Shown here: positions 34,437 through 47,135 of the stretch, one piece after another | How the letters are laid out: the number at the start of each line of letters is the position of its first letter | Numbering within the stretch: the first letter of the stretch is position 1 | Assembly: GCF_001194135.2 (NCBI RefSeq) | Contig: NC_068998.1 | Span: 38,673,290-38,737,289 of the forward strand | Source: Octopus bimaculoides | Taxonomy: Eukaryota | DNA: 64,000 nucleotides | Direction: 5' to 3' | Notes under the pieces: generated by a model | The model's input: the letters and a program-made list of their open reading frames with translations, nothing else | Told to the model about the DNA's origin: nothing | Database searches by the model: none | Program-made: the position numbers and the translations under genes

Positions 34437-35299
34437 CGGAAATGGGGAAAAAAATGGTGAGGGAGATAGATAGACAGATAGAGAGAGAGAGAGGGGGAAG
34501 AGGGGGAGGAGAGAGAGCGAGAGGGAAATGTAAATGTGATAATATTAAATGAAATTCCACAAAATTCTCTGCTAAATGTCACTATGTGAAGCTGTTCGCT
34601 GACAATTAAAATTATAAAGAAATTGCTGGTTTGGTGCTTGGAGAGAGACAGAGAAAGAAAGAGAGAGCGAGAGAAAGAGAGTGAGAGTGGGAGGGAGATA
34701 GGGAGAGAGGGAAGTGATGAGGGCGTGATGGGAACGAATTAAAACAACAATTAAAACCTGTAAATTAATTCAAAGAAACGCGAAACAAATAAAAAGAAAA
34801 TGGCATACAAATTATACAAAGCAAAAAAAAAATATCTAAAAAAGTGCACAAATAAACAATAACGAATTTAAAAAAATAATGGATCAAAAGAAACTAAAGC
34901 AAAAGAAAAAATATATATAAATTTTCTTTATCTCTTTCTGTCTCTTTGTTTCTCTCTGTTTCCCTGCCTCTGTCTCTTTCTTCTCTCTTTCTCACTTTCG
35001 GTCTGTATGTTTCTTTCTCTCTTTCTCTCTCGTTGTCTGTCTGTCTCACTCTCTCCCTGTCTCTGTTTTACTCTCTATCTCTTTCTCCCTCCCTGGCTCA
35101 TCTCTATCTTTCTTTCTCTGTTTGGCTCCCTCGCCTTACCTCTCCCTGTCTTGTCCCATTCAAACCCCGGGAATTAATCAGCTTAAAGGCGTTTTTCCTC
35201 TCCTCCCCCGCTCCAGAGCCTGGTCGAGCAGACCTTTGATCAAAAACGTTCCAGCCGTGACCACCCCAACTTAGATATCAGACACTATATTGAGTCACA

Positions 35300-35361
35300 T
35301 TATGATAGATAGATAGATAAACAGAGAGAGAGAGGGATAAATAGATAGAGAGAGAGGGGGG

Positions 35362-35431
<70 letters not shown>

Positions 35432-35531
35432 TAGATAGATAGATAGACAGAGAGAGAGAGGGATAAATAGATAGAGAGAGAGAGGGGGGATAGATAGATA
35501 GATATAGATAGATATAGATAGATAGATAGAC

Positions 35532-35565
<34 letters not shown>

Positions 35566-35571
35566 TTAGTT

Positions 35572-35603
<32 letters not shown>

Positions 35604-35630
35604 GGGGATAGATAGATAGATAGATGTGTT
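35300..35630. repeat. (GATA)n/(GA)n compound array with an internal ~50-bp duplication
   Basis: GAGAGAGGGATAAATAGATAGAGAGAGAGGGGGGGATAG occurs at ~35325 and ~35450. Confidence 0.9.
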
Positions 35631-36032
35631 AACGTATGTGATTTGAGGGAGCGTTGTTCGATGGGGTTTTTTTTCCGATGTTATCGCGTTCAGTTTAAAA
35701 GCGAACGTACCCGGGTTGTATAATGAGGTTGGAACGGGAAGGAGAGGGAGCACTAATTAAAACCTATAAAAGTACACGGATGTCACAATGGTAGTGGGCG
35801 GAGGGTTAAGTTGTAATAAGGTGAAAGAGGTGTGACGGAGTGGCGGCGGGGGAGGACAGTTGTAGTTGTTTTTTTGTGTTTGTGTGTGCGTTTTATCTGT
35901 TTGCATTTGTGGATTGTAATGTGAAAGGGACGGGGAAAGGAGTCTATGGTGGGGAATCGAAAGAAGCAAGCGTGTGTGTGTGTGTGTTTGTGTTTGTGTG
36001 TGTGCGTGCGTGCGTGTCTATTATCTATCGTG

Positions 36033-36287
36033 TTGCTTGTTTCAGTCATTAGACTGCGGCCATGCTGGGGCACAACCTTGAAGAATTTTTAGTCGAATGG
36101 AACGGTCCCAGTATTTATTTATTTATTTATTATTTTATTTATTTATTTATTATTTTGCTTTGTTAAGCCTGGGACTAATTATTTCAGAATCTTTTGCCGA
36201 ACTGCTAAGTTACGAGGACGTAAATACACCAACAGCGGTTGTCAAGCGGTGGTGGTGGTGGTAGGAAAACACTGACACAAACACACA
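36033..36287 (-). mobile_element. SINE family A, 3' half with (TTTA)n expansion
   Basis: TTGTTTCAGTCATTAGACTGCGGCCATGCTGG...GTTGTCAAGCGG. Confidence 0.8.
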
Positions 36288-36489
36288 TGTAGATAGATAC
36301 ATATGTGTGTGTATGCGTGTGTGTGCGTGTTGTATGTGTATTGTGTTTATGGTCAGTATGTGAGAGGAACTGTAATTGTGTAAGTGTATATGTACGTATG
36401 TGCATATGTGTATGCATGTGTGTGTGTGTGTATAAGAGTGTATGAGTAATAATATCTGACTGTCAGTAACTATGGGTGGGAATTGTCAC

Positions 36490-36730
36490 TGCGTATGTAT
36501 GTATGTATGTATGTATGTATTTGTATGAATGTATGCATTTGTATGTATATATGTATTTGTATGTATGTATGTATGTATTTGTATGTATGTATTTGCATGT
36601 ATGTACTTGCATGTATGTATGTATTTATATGTATATATGTATGTATGTATTTGTATGTATGTATGTATGTATGTATGTATGTATGTGCATGTATGTATGT
36701 ATTTGTATGTGTGTGTCTGTGTGTGTCCAT
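36490..36730. repeat. (TATG)n-derived microsatellite
   Basis: Direct reading; source of several spurious ORFs. Confidence 0.95.
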
Positions 36731-36957
36731 ATCCATTTGTGTTTGTATAGTCAATGTTTGTGAAATGTGTATATATATATGGTACACAGTCATTGGAGAC
36801 TAACTGTCTGTATATTTGTATAAGGATCTATGTGTATGTAAGACCCAATCTGTGTTTATAGTTTGTCTTTCTCTGAACTAGTATGTTTATATATGCACGT
36901 GTGCTCATATTACTGTGGTTGTTGTTGTTGCTGTTGTAGTGGTGGTGGTGGTGGTGG

Positions 36958-37128
36958 TGGTCGATTTTAGCCCTTAGTCCACCTTTACTGAATAGACCTA
37001 CGATCCAACGCGGTCCCAACGTGAACATCTAGCCTTCGCCTTTTCCTCGACATAGGGTATATACTACAACGTTAGAGCCTTCATTTTCTTTACATACAAT
37101 AGAGGGTGATTTGAGGGAGACTTTGCTC
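36958..37128 (-). mobile_element. Unclassified repeat family F, degenerate
   Basis: TAGAGGGTGATTTGAGGGAGACTTTG and TAGACCTACGATC match segments at 39520-39566, 49155-49210 and 61965-62335. Confidence 0.5.
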
Positions 37129-37129
37129 T

Positions 37130-37161
<32 letters not shown>

Positions 37162-37162
37162 G

Positions 37163-37274
<112 letters not shown>

Positions 37275-38149
37275 NNNNNNNNNNNNNNNNNNNNNNNNNN
37301 NNNNNNNNNNNNNNNNNNNNNNNNNNNNNNNNNNNNNNNNNNNNNNNNNNNNNNNNNNNNNNNNNNNNNNNNNNNNNNNNNNNNNNNNNNNNNNNNNNNN
37401 NNNNNNNNNNNNNNNNNNNNNATATATATATATATAAATATATCTCCATGGATCTAGTTATGTATGCATGTTTGTATCTATCTATCTATCTATCTACCTA
37501 CCTACCTACCTATCTATCTACTTAGCGCGCTCTCTCTCTCTCTCTCTATCTGTATGTATGTATGTATGTATATATATATATATCAATCAATTAACTTACC
37601 TACCTACCTATCTATCTATCTATCTATCTATAGCTCTCTCTCTGTATCTGAATATATGTTTACACACACACACACACACACATATAAATGTATGTGTAAA
37701 TGTATGTATGTATGTATGCGCATATGCGATGTATGCATTCACATGTGGCCGTACATGTTTACATGTATGTTTTCTTTTTATTCACTTGTGCATGTGCGCG
37801 TGTAGATGCATGTTTCCATGCTGCGTGTGCTTGCATGCATCAGTCACTGCATGTTCACATACGCATTTACAAATATAGCACATACGCACACATATAGCAC
37901 AGAAGCACACATGCATGCGTGCACACGCACACAGATACACGCACACACACGCACACGCACACACACACACACACACATCTCCAAACACATGTAACAAATT
38001 GTTTCTGATGTATCCAAGGATGTTCAGTCTTCAGATCTTGAGTAGAAAGATGAACCGTGGAAGTTATGACGTTAATGTCATTCCAGAGAGCATGGCCATA
38101 CACACACACACACACACTAGTACGAATGCACACAGACATACACACACGC

Positions 38150-38580
38150 ACATACACACATACATACACACATACATACATGCATACATGTATGTATGTA
38201 TGTGTGTATGCATGTATGTATGTATGAATGTATGCATGTATGTATGTATGTGTGTATGCCTGCATATATGTAGGTATGTATGCATGTATCTATGTGTGCA
38301 TGCATGTATGCATGTATGTGTGTATGCATGTATGTATGAACGTATGTATGTATGCATGTATGTATTATGTATGTATGTATGCATGTATGTATGCATGTAT
38401 GTATGTATGTATGTATGTATGCATGTATGTATGTACGTATGTATGCATGAATGTATGTATGTATGTATGTATGTATGTATGCATGTATCTATGTGTGCAT
38501 GCATGTATGTCTAAATGTATGCATGTATGTATGTATGCATGTATGTATGAATGTATGTATGTATGTATGAATGTATCCAT
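38150..38580. repeat. (CATA)n to (TATG/CATG)n microsatellite block
   Basis: Direct reading. Confidence 0.95.
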
Positions 38581-38587
38581 GTACGTT

Positions 38588-38757
38588 GGCGCAGGCGTGG
38601 GTGTGTGGTAAGAAGCTTGCTTCCCAACCACATGGTTCCGAGTTCAATCCACCTGCGTGGCGATTTGAGCAAGTATCTTCAACAATAGCATCTGGCCCAC
38701 CAAAGCCTTGTGAATCGATTTGGAAGATGGAAACTGAAAGAAGCCTGTCGTATATAA
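38588..38757 (+). mobile_element. SINE family A, left half
   Basis: GGCGCAGGCGTGGGTGTGTGGTAAG...GAAACTGAAAGAAGCCTGTCGTATAT. Confidence 0.85.
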
Positions 38758-38765
38758 ATATATAC

Positions 38766-38917
38766 TTTTTTATCTTTTACTTGTTTCAGTTATTAGACTG
38801 GCCATGCTGGGGCACCTCCTTGAAGAAATTTTAGTCAAATGTATCGACCCAGTGCTTACTTTTTTAAAGCCTAGCGCTTATTCTATCGGTTCCTCTCTTG
38901 CTGAACCGCTAGGTTAC
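38766..38917 (-). mobile_element. SINE family A, 3' end, opposite orientation to the adjacent left half
   Basis: TTTTATCTTTTACTTGTTTCAG...TTATTCTATCGG...GAACCGCTAGGTTAC. Confidence 0.8.
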
Positions 38918-39015
38918 ATGTACATATGTGTGTTAGCGCGGGCGTACCCAACGAACGGGAACGTAGAACTCTCAGTAGCAGTTTTTTGTGATATTTTTGT
39001 GTTTTTTTTAGTTTT

Positions 39016-39232
39016 AATAATCCTTTCTACTATAGGCACCAGGCCTGAAATTTTGGGAAGGGGAAAGGTCGATTGCATCAACCCCTATGCTCATCTAGTA
39101 CATATTTTATCGACCCCGAAAGGATGAAAAGTGAAGTCGAACCCGGCGGAATTTGAACTCAGAAAGTAAGGACGAACGAAATGCCGTTAAGAATTTTGCC
39201 CAGCGCTCTAGCAATTCTGCCAGCTTGCCGCC
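39016..39232 (-). mobile_element. SINE family B variant (tail ...CCTATAGTAGAAAGGATTATT)
   Basis: TTTTATCGACCCCGAAAGGATGAAA...GGAATTTGAACTCAGAA...TCTGCCAGCTTGCCGCC. Confidence 0.85.
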
Positions 39233-39566
39233 ATTTTAAAAGCTTTAATAATAAAGCATATTACTCTACCTCTGGTATTCGAGTACTATTTTTTCCCCCA
39301 CCTTGTTTCACATTTATGTGCTTACTCTGGNNNNNNNNNNNNNNNNNNNNNNNNNNNNNNNNNNNNNNNNNNNNNNNNNNNNNNNNNNNNGGAAAGAGGA
39401 TCTGGGGATTGCAATCCAATGACTGAAGGGTGAAAATCCATAGCCCTCTCCCTGCTACGATGGTGTGCCTAAATTCAATGATCTGAGCTAACGAGGGTGT
39501 ATCAACAGGGTCACTCAACCTGCTAGAAATAATAGCTTGAGATTCCCTCAAAATTATGCCCTACAT

Positions 39567-40196
39567 CAGTGCTACTCAAAGTGGTGGTCCGCGGACCGGT
39601 GCCAGTCCGCGAGCCATCAGCTGCAGGTACGCAGCGAGTTTCCAGAAAAGAAAGAAACATTATAAAATGCTTATGTAATATTGTATTATTTGTTTCCAAA
39701 ATAAATATAAGATTTAAAAAATTGTCAACTGTTATTATATAGGTGCAGGAGTGGCTGTGTAGTAAGTAGCTTGCTTACCAACCGGATTCCGTCCCACTGC
39801 GTGACACCTTGGGCAAGTGTCTTCTACTATAGTCTCGAGCCGACCAAAGCCTTGAGTAGATTTGGTAGACGGAAACTGANNNNNNNNNNCGACCAAAGCC
39901 TTGAGTAGATTTGGTAGACGGAAACTGAAAGAAGCCCGTCGTATATATGTATATATATATATGTGTGTGTGCTTGTGTGTCTGTGTTTGTCCCCCCAACA
40001 TCGCTCGACATGCGATACTGGTGTGCTTACGTCCCCGTAACTTAGCGGTTCGGCAAAAAGAGAGCGATCCGCAGTACGCAACTGGTACTTAATTTATCGA
40101 CTCATTACTAAGAAATATTACCGGTCCCTGGCACTTTGAAAAAAAAAAAAAACACAAACTGCCGGTACGCCAGATCAGATAGTTTGAGAAGCACTG
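39567..40196. mobile_element. Non-autonomous hAT (Charlie/MER5-like) element with perfect 8-bp TSD
   Basis: TIRs CAGTGCTACTCAAA / TTTGAGAAGCACTG; CCCTACAT at 39559-66 and 40197-204. Confidence 0.92.
39742..40068 (+). mobile_element. SINE family A nested in the hAT, 3'-truncated
   Basis: Head to GGTTCGGCAAAAAGAGAGCGAT, then joins an inverted family B fragment (40066-40102). Confidence 0.88.
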
Positions 40197-40949
40197 CCCT
40201 ACATCATTCACTGAATATTGAGGTGCCAGATATAATTTCTGAGGCAGGATGGTACTGGCATGAGGAACCTTTGATCGTGGTTCTTCTGACAGTTTACCTG
40301 GAACCTTACAACAACAACAACAAGCACAAAGCAAAAATAAGAATAACCACGAAAACAACGAAAACAATAACAATGTTCTTGCCAACGTACAATCATTCCT
40401 AATTGCCTACACCTAAGCAGGGATGGGCACATTTGGAATGCATATCTTCATCAAAGGCTTGCTGAAACAGGATTAACCTGGGTCTAAAACCAACAACAAC
40501 AATAACAGCAGTACAATGAATCCTACACACAAAAAAAAATGTATACACACGCACACAAACACACACATATACACGCACTCACATACACACCCACCCACCC
40601 ATCCACACGCCCACTCACTAATACACATAAACACACATACACTCACACATACACACACAAACGCACACACATTAAGGCATAAATATTTGGAAAATATGCA
40701 AACGCATGTATGCTTGTGTTTTGTGTGTAGGTACGTGTGCACGTGCTTTTGTGTATGTATGTATGTATGTATGTATGTATGTATGTATGTGTGTGTGTGA
40801 GTGTATGTTATGTGTATGTATGTATATATGCATGTATGTGTATTGTGTATCTATATGTATGTATGTATGTATATATGTATGTATTGTGTCTGTATGTATG
40901 CATGTATGTATGTTGCTGTGCTTATGTGTTTATGTAAGTGTATGTATAT

Positions 40950-41292
40950 ATCGTGGCACTCCGTCGGTTATGACGACGAGGGTTCCAGTTGATCCGATCA
41001 ACGGAACAGCACTCCACAGACACGTGTACCCTTAACGTAGTTCTCGGGGAAGATTCAGCGTGACACAGTGTGACANNNNNNNNNNNNNNNNNNNNNNNNN
41101 NNNNNNNNNNNNNNNNNNNNNNNNNNNNNNNNNNNNNNNNNNNNNNNNNNNNNNNNNNNNNNNNNNNNNNNNNNNNNNNNNNNNNNNNNNNNNNNNNNNN
41201 NNNNNNNNNNNNNNAGGCCCGGTGTGGGAATCGAAACCGCAATCCCACGACCGCGAGTCTGCTGCCCTAACCACTGGGCCGTTGCACCTCCA
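40950..41292 (-). mobile_element. SINE family C (gap 41076-41214 inside)
   Basis: GGCACTCCGTCGGTTATGACGACGAGGG...CAGCGTGACACAG; head CCCTAACCACTGGGCC. Confidence 0.85.
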
Positions 41293-41359
41293 CGTATGAA
41301 GACTATAAATATAGGTACCACGAACGAACACACAGACACGCATTCTAAGAGTGTCCTAG

Positions 41360-41396
<37 letters not shown>

Positions 41397-41659
41397 TGTA
41401 TATGTGTATGTGCGTGTGTGTATATGTATGTGAGACAGTGTCAAGGCTCTTCTTTACCCCACCTCTATACACAAAATCATGCACGAACATAACAATTCAC
41501 ACGCACACACACACACACATGCACACACACACACACACACACATACACACACATAATAATACAGCTCGGGGTAGCGCAGGGGCACGCATGCATTTCCGCA
41601 TGTGCATGTGTGTAGTTTTAACTAAGTGCGCATGCGTGTATGTATGTGTATGCGTGCAT

Positions 41660-41716
41660 CTTTATCTCTTATTAGTTCCAGTCATTAGACTGCGGCCATG
41701 CTGGGGCACCGCCTTG
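41660..41716 (-). mobile_element. SINE family A extreme 3' fragment
   Basis: CAGTCATTAGACTGCGGCCATGCTGGGGCACCGCCTTGA. Confidence 0.7.
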
Positions 41717-41847
41717 ATAATGATGATGTGTATGTATATAGATACACACACGCACACACATATATGAATGTATGTACATATAAGTCTTACATATGTATAT
41801 ATGTATGTGTGTGTATACATATAAATGTATGAATATATATGTATGTG

Positions 41848-41902
<55 letters not shown>

Positions 41903-42017
41903 ATAAATATGTATGTACATACATACAACCCCGCCCCACATTTATGTTTTCAGAACGTATATGAATATGTGTGTATATATGTGTACGTATGAATGTATGC
42001 ATGTATCTTTGTTTGTT

Positions 42018-42073
<56 letters not shown>

Positions 42074-42388
42074 TCAACTACAGTTGAATAACATCTTACA
42101 TACCTAAAGATACATATGTACAAGTGTAACACACATGAGCACTCACGGATACAAGTACACTTTCAGAGACGTACAGAAACACATAACCACATACATAAAG
42201 AAATATGCAATCATCTTGAGACACATACACACATAAAGGGATACATATACATACATACATATAGATACATACCTACATATATATATATATTTATAAATGT
42301 ATGTATGCATGTATATAGATATATAGATATATGTATGTGTATGTGTGTGTATACATATATGTATGAATATGTATGTATGTATATATGT

Positions 42389-42454
<66 letters not shown>

Positions 42455-43202
42455 ACAAACATCATCAATGAAGCCCTTAACATATATTCAGTCTATCAGA
42501 TGTCACCACACACACACGCACATGCACGCACATGCACACACAGACATGCACAGACATGTATATGCACACACACACACACAGACATACATGCATACGCGCG
42601 CGCGCATGTGTATGAGTGTGTATGTGTATGTCAGTATGAACGCGTGTGTGTTAGCAGCTGTGTAAAGAGAGAGACCGAGAAAATAAAAGAGAGGGTGAAT
42701 GGTGGAAGAGAGAAGGAGATTTTGAACACACACCGCACGTGCACACGTGCACACACGCGCCAAAAGACGCGCACACAGACTTTTATTGTGTATATAGTGA
42801 GGAGAGAGAGAGGGTGACAGAGAGAGCAAGGTGAGAGAGAGATCAGTTATGTGGAGAAAACGTAAGCTCTCTCTCTCTCTCTCACACACACCAGCATACT
42901 AAAAGGTATGTGTGTGTATGTATGTATGTATGTATGTATGTATGTATGTATAGATAGATAGAGAGAGAGGGAGAGAGAGAGAGAGAGAGATAAAGGGAGA
43001 GAGAGATAAAGGGAGAGAGAGACTGCGAAAGAAAAAGACCGTGAGACTGTATGTGCGTGAGAGAGAGTGCGTGAGAGAGAGAGAGTGTGTGAGAGAGAGG
43101 GAGGCAGTGAGGGAGAGAGAGAGTGAACGAGAGGGAGAGTATTGTCTATGAGAGAGATACAGAGAGAGAGATTCTGCGTGTGGTTAGAGAGTGACTGTGT
43201 GT

Positions 43203-43245
<43 letters not shown>

Positions 43246-44002
43246 TACGTGAGAGAGTGAACGTGTGTGTGTGTGTGAGAGAGAGAATGAAAGTGAAAGT
43301 GAAAATGTGTGTGCAGGTGACTGTATTTGTGTGTGCGATGGAGTCTTTTTGGTGTGTGTGTGTGTGTGTGTGATGGGGAATAACACTTATATTGTAAGAG
43401 AGAAAATGGAAGGTGAGAGAGATGAAAAAAGAGAAAAAGAGACAGCAATAGAGATGCAGATGAGTAACATAGAATGGAGGTGCTCTGTCTGTATCTCTCT
43501 CACACATCTTACATATATATGAGAGAGAGAGAGAGAGAGACAGAGACAAAAAGAGAGAGAGAGAGGACGTTGGAGTGATGGTGTGAGGAAAGCCAGATGT
43601 GAGGGTAAAAGGAAAGAGAATGAATGCGAGAGAATATTGGTAGAAAGGATACGACAGCGTGCGGGTGAGAGAAAGGAGGGGGAAAGATGGAAAGCTGGAA
43701 AGAGAGAGGTGCGGTTGGAGGAGTGGTGGAGTAGGAGGGGAAGTTCGAATGTGCATGGAGGAGGATAAGAAGAAGAAGAAGAAGAAGAAGAAGTGGAAAG
43801 GAGAGAGAAGGACAGGAGAAAGAGAGTGTAAGAGAGATAGAGAGAGAGTGCAGGGATGGGACAGGTAGTACACCCGCACATATATAAAGAGAGAGGGTGG
43901 CAAAGGTGTGGTGTTATATTTAGACATGGTCAAAGATACCAATAGAATTAGACACACAATCAAAAAGGCACATAAAATGTGAAAAAAAGGCCAAGTATAT
44001 AC

Positions 44003-44700
44003 TGTGACGTAAGAAGCGTGACATTCAGTGTAACAGAGAAACACATGAATAGAATCTGTCACACATTGTGACATAATCACGTTCAGTGTGACGCACACGA
44101 GCGCGTAAAATTACAATGTTGCAGTCACACAACTACATCTAGTGTGACGTACACAGTGTGACATGCAGTATAACAGAAACACACATATGTAGAATCTATG
44201 ATTATGTGACACTATCACGTGATCACGTGTGATCATATGACAGCATCATGTAATCACAGTGCGTTGTATTATTCCCAGTCACACAGTCACATATAGTGTG
44301 ACGTACGCAGCGTGATATTCGGTATAACAGAAACACATATATAAAGTCTATGATTTGTGACACTATCACGTGATCACATGTGATCATGTGACTCTCACGT
44401 GATCACAGTGTGCTGTATTAGTACCAGTTACACAATCACATATAGTGTAACGTATGCAGTGTGACACTCGTTACAACAGAAACGCACATGTAGAAACAGA
44501 TCGTGTAACTGTGTCACACGATAACTGTGCGTCGTACTAAGTACTATGCAGTGTACAAAGAAATACACATGTAGAATCCTGTTGTTACATACTGTCGAAC
44601 ACAGTTACACAATCTTATGCTGTAACGTACAAAGTGTGACACACAGTAAATCGATGTCACTCACGCAGTCATATAACCACATATATCATGACACAATGTA
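44003..44700. repeat. Degenerate ~150-bp tandem repeat with CACGTG motifs
   Basis: Units start GTGTGACGTA at 44142, 44296 and 44445 (spacing 154 and 149), with weaker units on either side. Confidence 0.8.
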
Positions 44701-45373
44701 ACACGTAGAATCCAGTGTTACACTCAGATCCACACGATCACACTTTGTGACAAACGAACAAACACGTATTATTCACTTACGTACTGTGACACTCATAGTT
44801 CGACAGACACACAGACGCTCATGTATACACAGACACACGCAAACACAGATAGATACACTCTCACAGAATCAAAAGTACAGTTTTACTAGTCACATAGTAC
44901 AAAATAGACAAGCCGGACACATAATACTATATACATAAGCAGTTATACCCACACATATCCACACACACACACTGGTTTCAAGTTTTGGCACAAGGCCAGT
45001 CACACAAGTGTATACACTTTCTTGTGATGTTACACACTGTATCTTCCCCCCTATCTCTCTCACGCACACACACACAGACACACACACACACACAGACACA
45101 CACACACACAAAGATTGACCAGACTAGTTAACGCATGCTTTCATTTACATATATACAATTTCACATGAATTATCACACAAACTTTTTCCATAGACACACC
45201 CACAATGTCACACACAAATTGTCACTCTTGAACTAAGTTGTAACGAAAGATAATAACTTCATCTCCATCGAAGAAAAAACGCGAACGTTTTGAATAAACC
45301 GATAACAACCTACACACTGATGTGCACTATCCACACTTACATACGTACATACATACATACATACGTATGCATG

Positions 45374-45610
45374 TATGTAACACACTGCCTAAATACCAAT
45401 CTTGAGAAATTAGGCTTCTCAAAACAAGAAAGGGGAAAGCTGATTCGAAGACTACAGATCCAAGCCATCACTGGAACTGTAAGAATCTGTAAAACTTCCC
45501 AGAAGTTTATCATTTAAGTATATATGAACATGTCTAGATATGCAACTATATGCATAAGAAGACTTACATAAAACAAAACATACAAATCTGCACGTATACA
45601 TGCATACATA
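45374..45610 (+). mobile_element. RLE-type LINE family G, 3' end (second copy), (CATA)n-flanked
   Basis: YVTHCLNTNLEKLGFSKQERGKLIRRLQIQAITGTVRICKTSQKFII*; UTR colinear with 15795-15890. Confidence 0.82.
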
Positions 45611-45852
45611 CAAAAATACCTTGTTGTTGATGTTGAAATTCCAATGAGGGAGCCTTTGATCTAGGTTAGAAACCGACTCTTTCTCTGTTGGCAAGAAATC
45701 TTGAAATAATGACATACATACATACATACAAACAAACAAACAAAAATACCCTGTTGTTGATGTTGAAATTTCAATGAAGGAGCCTTGAATCTAGTTTAGA
45801 AACCGGTTCTTTCTCTATTGGCAAGAAATCTTGAAATAAACTGACTGATGAC
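45611..45852. repeat. Two tandem copies of a ~100-bp element (family H) separated by (CATA)/(CAAA)n
   Basis: CAAAAATACC.TGTTGTTGATGTTGAAATT.CAATGA.GGAGCCTT...GGCAAGAAATCTTGAAATAA at 45611 and 45741. Confidence 0.9.
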
Positions 45853-45960
45853 ATCATGCATACATACATGGTGGAAGATACAACTCGTGACCAAGTAAGA
45901 TCACTTCTTAAGTGCAAACAGAGGTTGAGACGGTTAGAAACAACCAGCATTTCTTCAAGG

Positions 45961-46008
<48 letters not shown>

Positions 46009-46009
<1 letters not shown>

Positions 46010-46100
46010 GAGGGTGAGTCAAAAAGTAATGTCATTTTGTTTAGGACAGGTATAATTACCAACACAGGAACATGTATCATACATCAAGATAAAACTGGTC
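46009..46100. mobile_element. Single mariner-type terminus
   Basis: TA-CGAGGGTGAGTCAAAAAGTAATG directly after (TA)n; no partner TIR found. Confidence 0.55.
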
Positions 46101-46665
46101 CTCTGTAGCGGTTGAGCTTTGGGGTTGATGTAACCGACTTAACTCTACCCCCGAACTTGCTGGCCGTGTGCCAAAAATTCGAAATCAATATATAACTTTA
46201 CTTCAGTATTAAGTCTTTTTTTATTATCTTGATTACTTTGAATTTTTGAACCATTTTCAGGCACAACTGAATTATGAATGGAACCAACTTCCGTTAGATT
46301 TCTCGATAGAGATAATAACAATTCCTTAGAAGGAAAAAAGCTATATAAAATGGCTAATCCAGAAGGCTTAGGAATTCAGATTTATACAGAGAATGCATTG
46401 GAAAGCACATTTCTTCTGAATTGCTTACACACGAGGACGGTTTTAAGACCACCTTAATACAAACGATTGGAACATTTTGATTTAGTTTTCCAATTGAATT
46501 AGAAGAGTGATATTTAAAATAATACACAACAGATTTCAGCAGGTTCTGAAGAATAATTTTAAAACAACTGAATATTCAAAGAATATTTTTGTTCAGTCAG
46601 ATAAAATCAGAAACTTGTATGATATTAATAATGAACACGCTAAAGCGTTATAAGGAGGTTATAGT

Positions 46666-46900
46666 TTCTTATTTCTTTAATGCCCACAAGGGGTTAAATA
46701 CAGAGGGGACAAACAAGGACAGACAAAGGGATTAAGTCGATTACAACGATCCTAGTGCGTAACTGGTACTTAATTTATCGACCCCGAAAGGATGAAAGGC
46801 AAAGTCGACCTCGGCGGAATTTGAACTCAGAACGTAATGGCAGACGAAATACCACTAAGCATTTTGCCCGGCGTGCTAACGTTTCTGCCAGCTCGCCGCC
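46666..46900 (-). mobile_element. SINE family B, full-length, with target-site duplication
   Basis: GGAGGTTATAGTTT repeated at 46654-67 and 46905-18. Confidence 0.95.
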
Positions 46901-46921
46901 TTATGGAGGTTATAGTTTATA

Positions 46922-47081
46922 CCATCACCTTCGGTACTTGACTGGTACTTTATCTTATTAAGCCCGGGCAAAGGCGAATGCAAAGTTAATCTCGGTGGTA
47001 TTTGAACTTAGAACGTAAAGAGCAGGGTAGAAATACAAGGCAATTTCTCCGACCCGCTAACGATTCTGCCGATCCACCATC
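46922..47081 (-). mobile_element. Old SINE family B-like copy
   Basis: CTGGTACTTTATC...CAAAGTTAATCTCGGTGGTATTTGAACTTAGAACGTAAAG...GCTAACGATTCTGCC. Confidence 0.65.
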
Positions 47082-47104
47082 CTAAACAGTAGTACATGCA
47101 AGCG

Positions 47105-47135
<31 letters not shown>

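Larger units (their letters stand above)
39391..40325 (+). mobile_element. Unclassified repeat family F, split by a hAT element
   Basis: CCTGCTAGAAATAATAGC...CCCTCAAAATTATGCCCTAC on the left; GGATGGTACTGGC...CCTTTGATC...ACCTGG...(AAC)n on the right. Confidence 0.55.
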
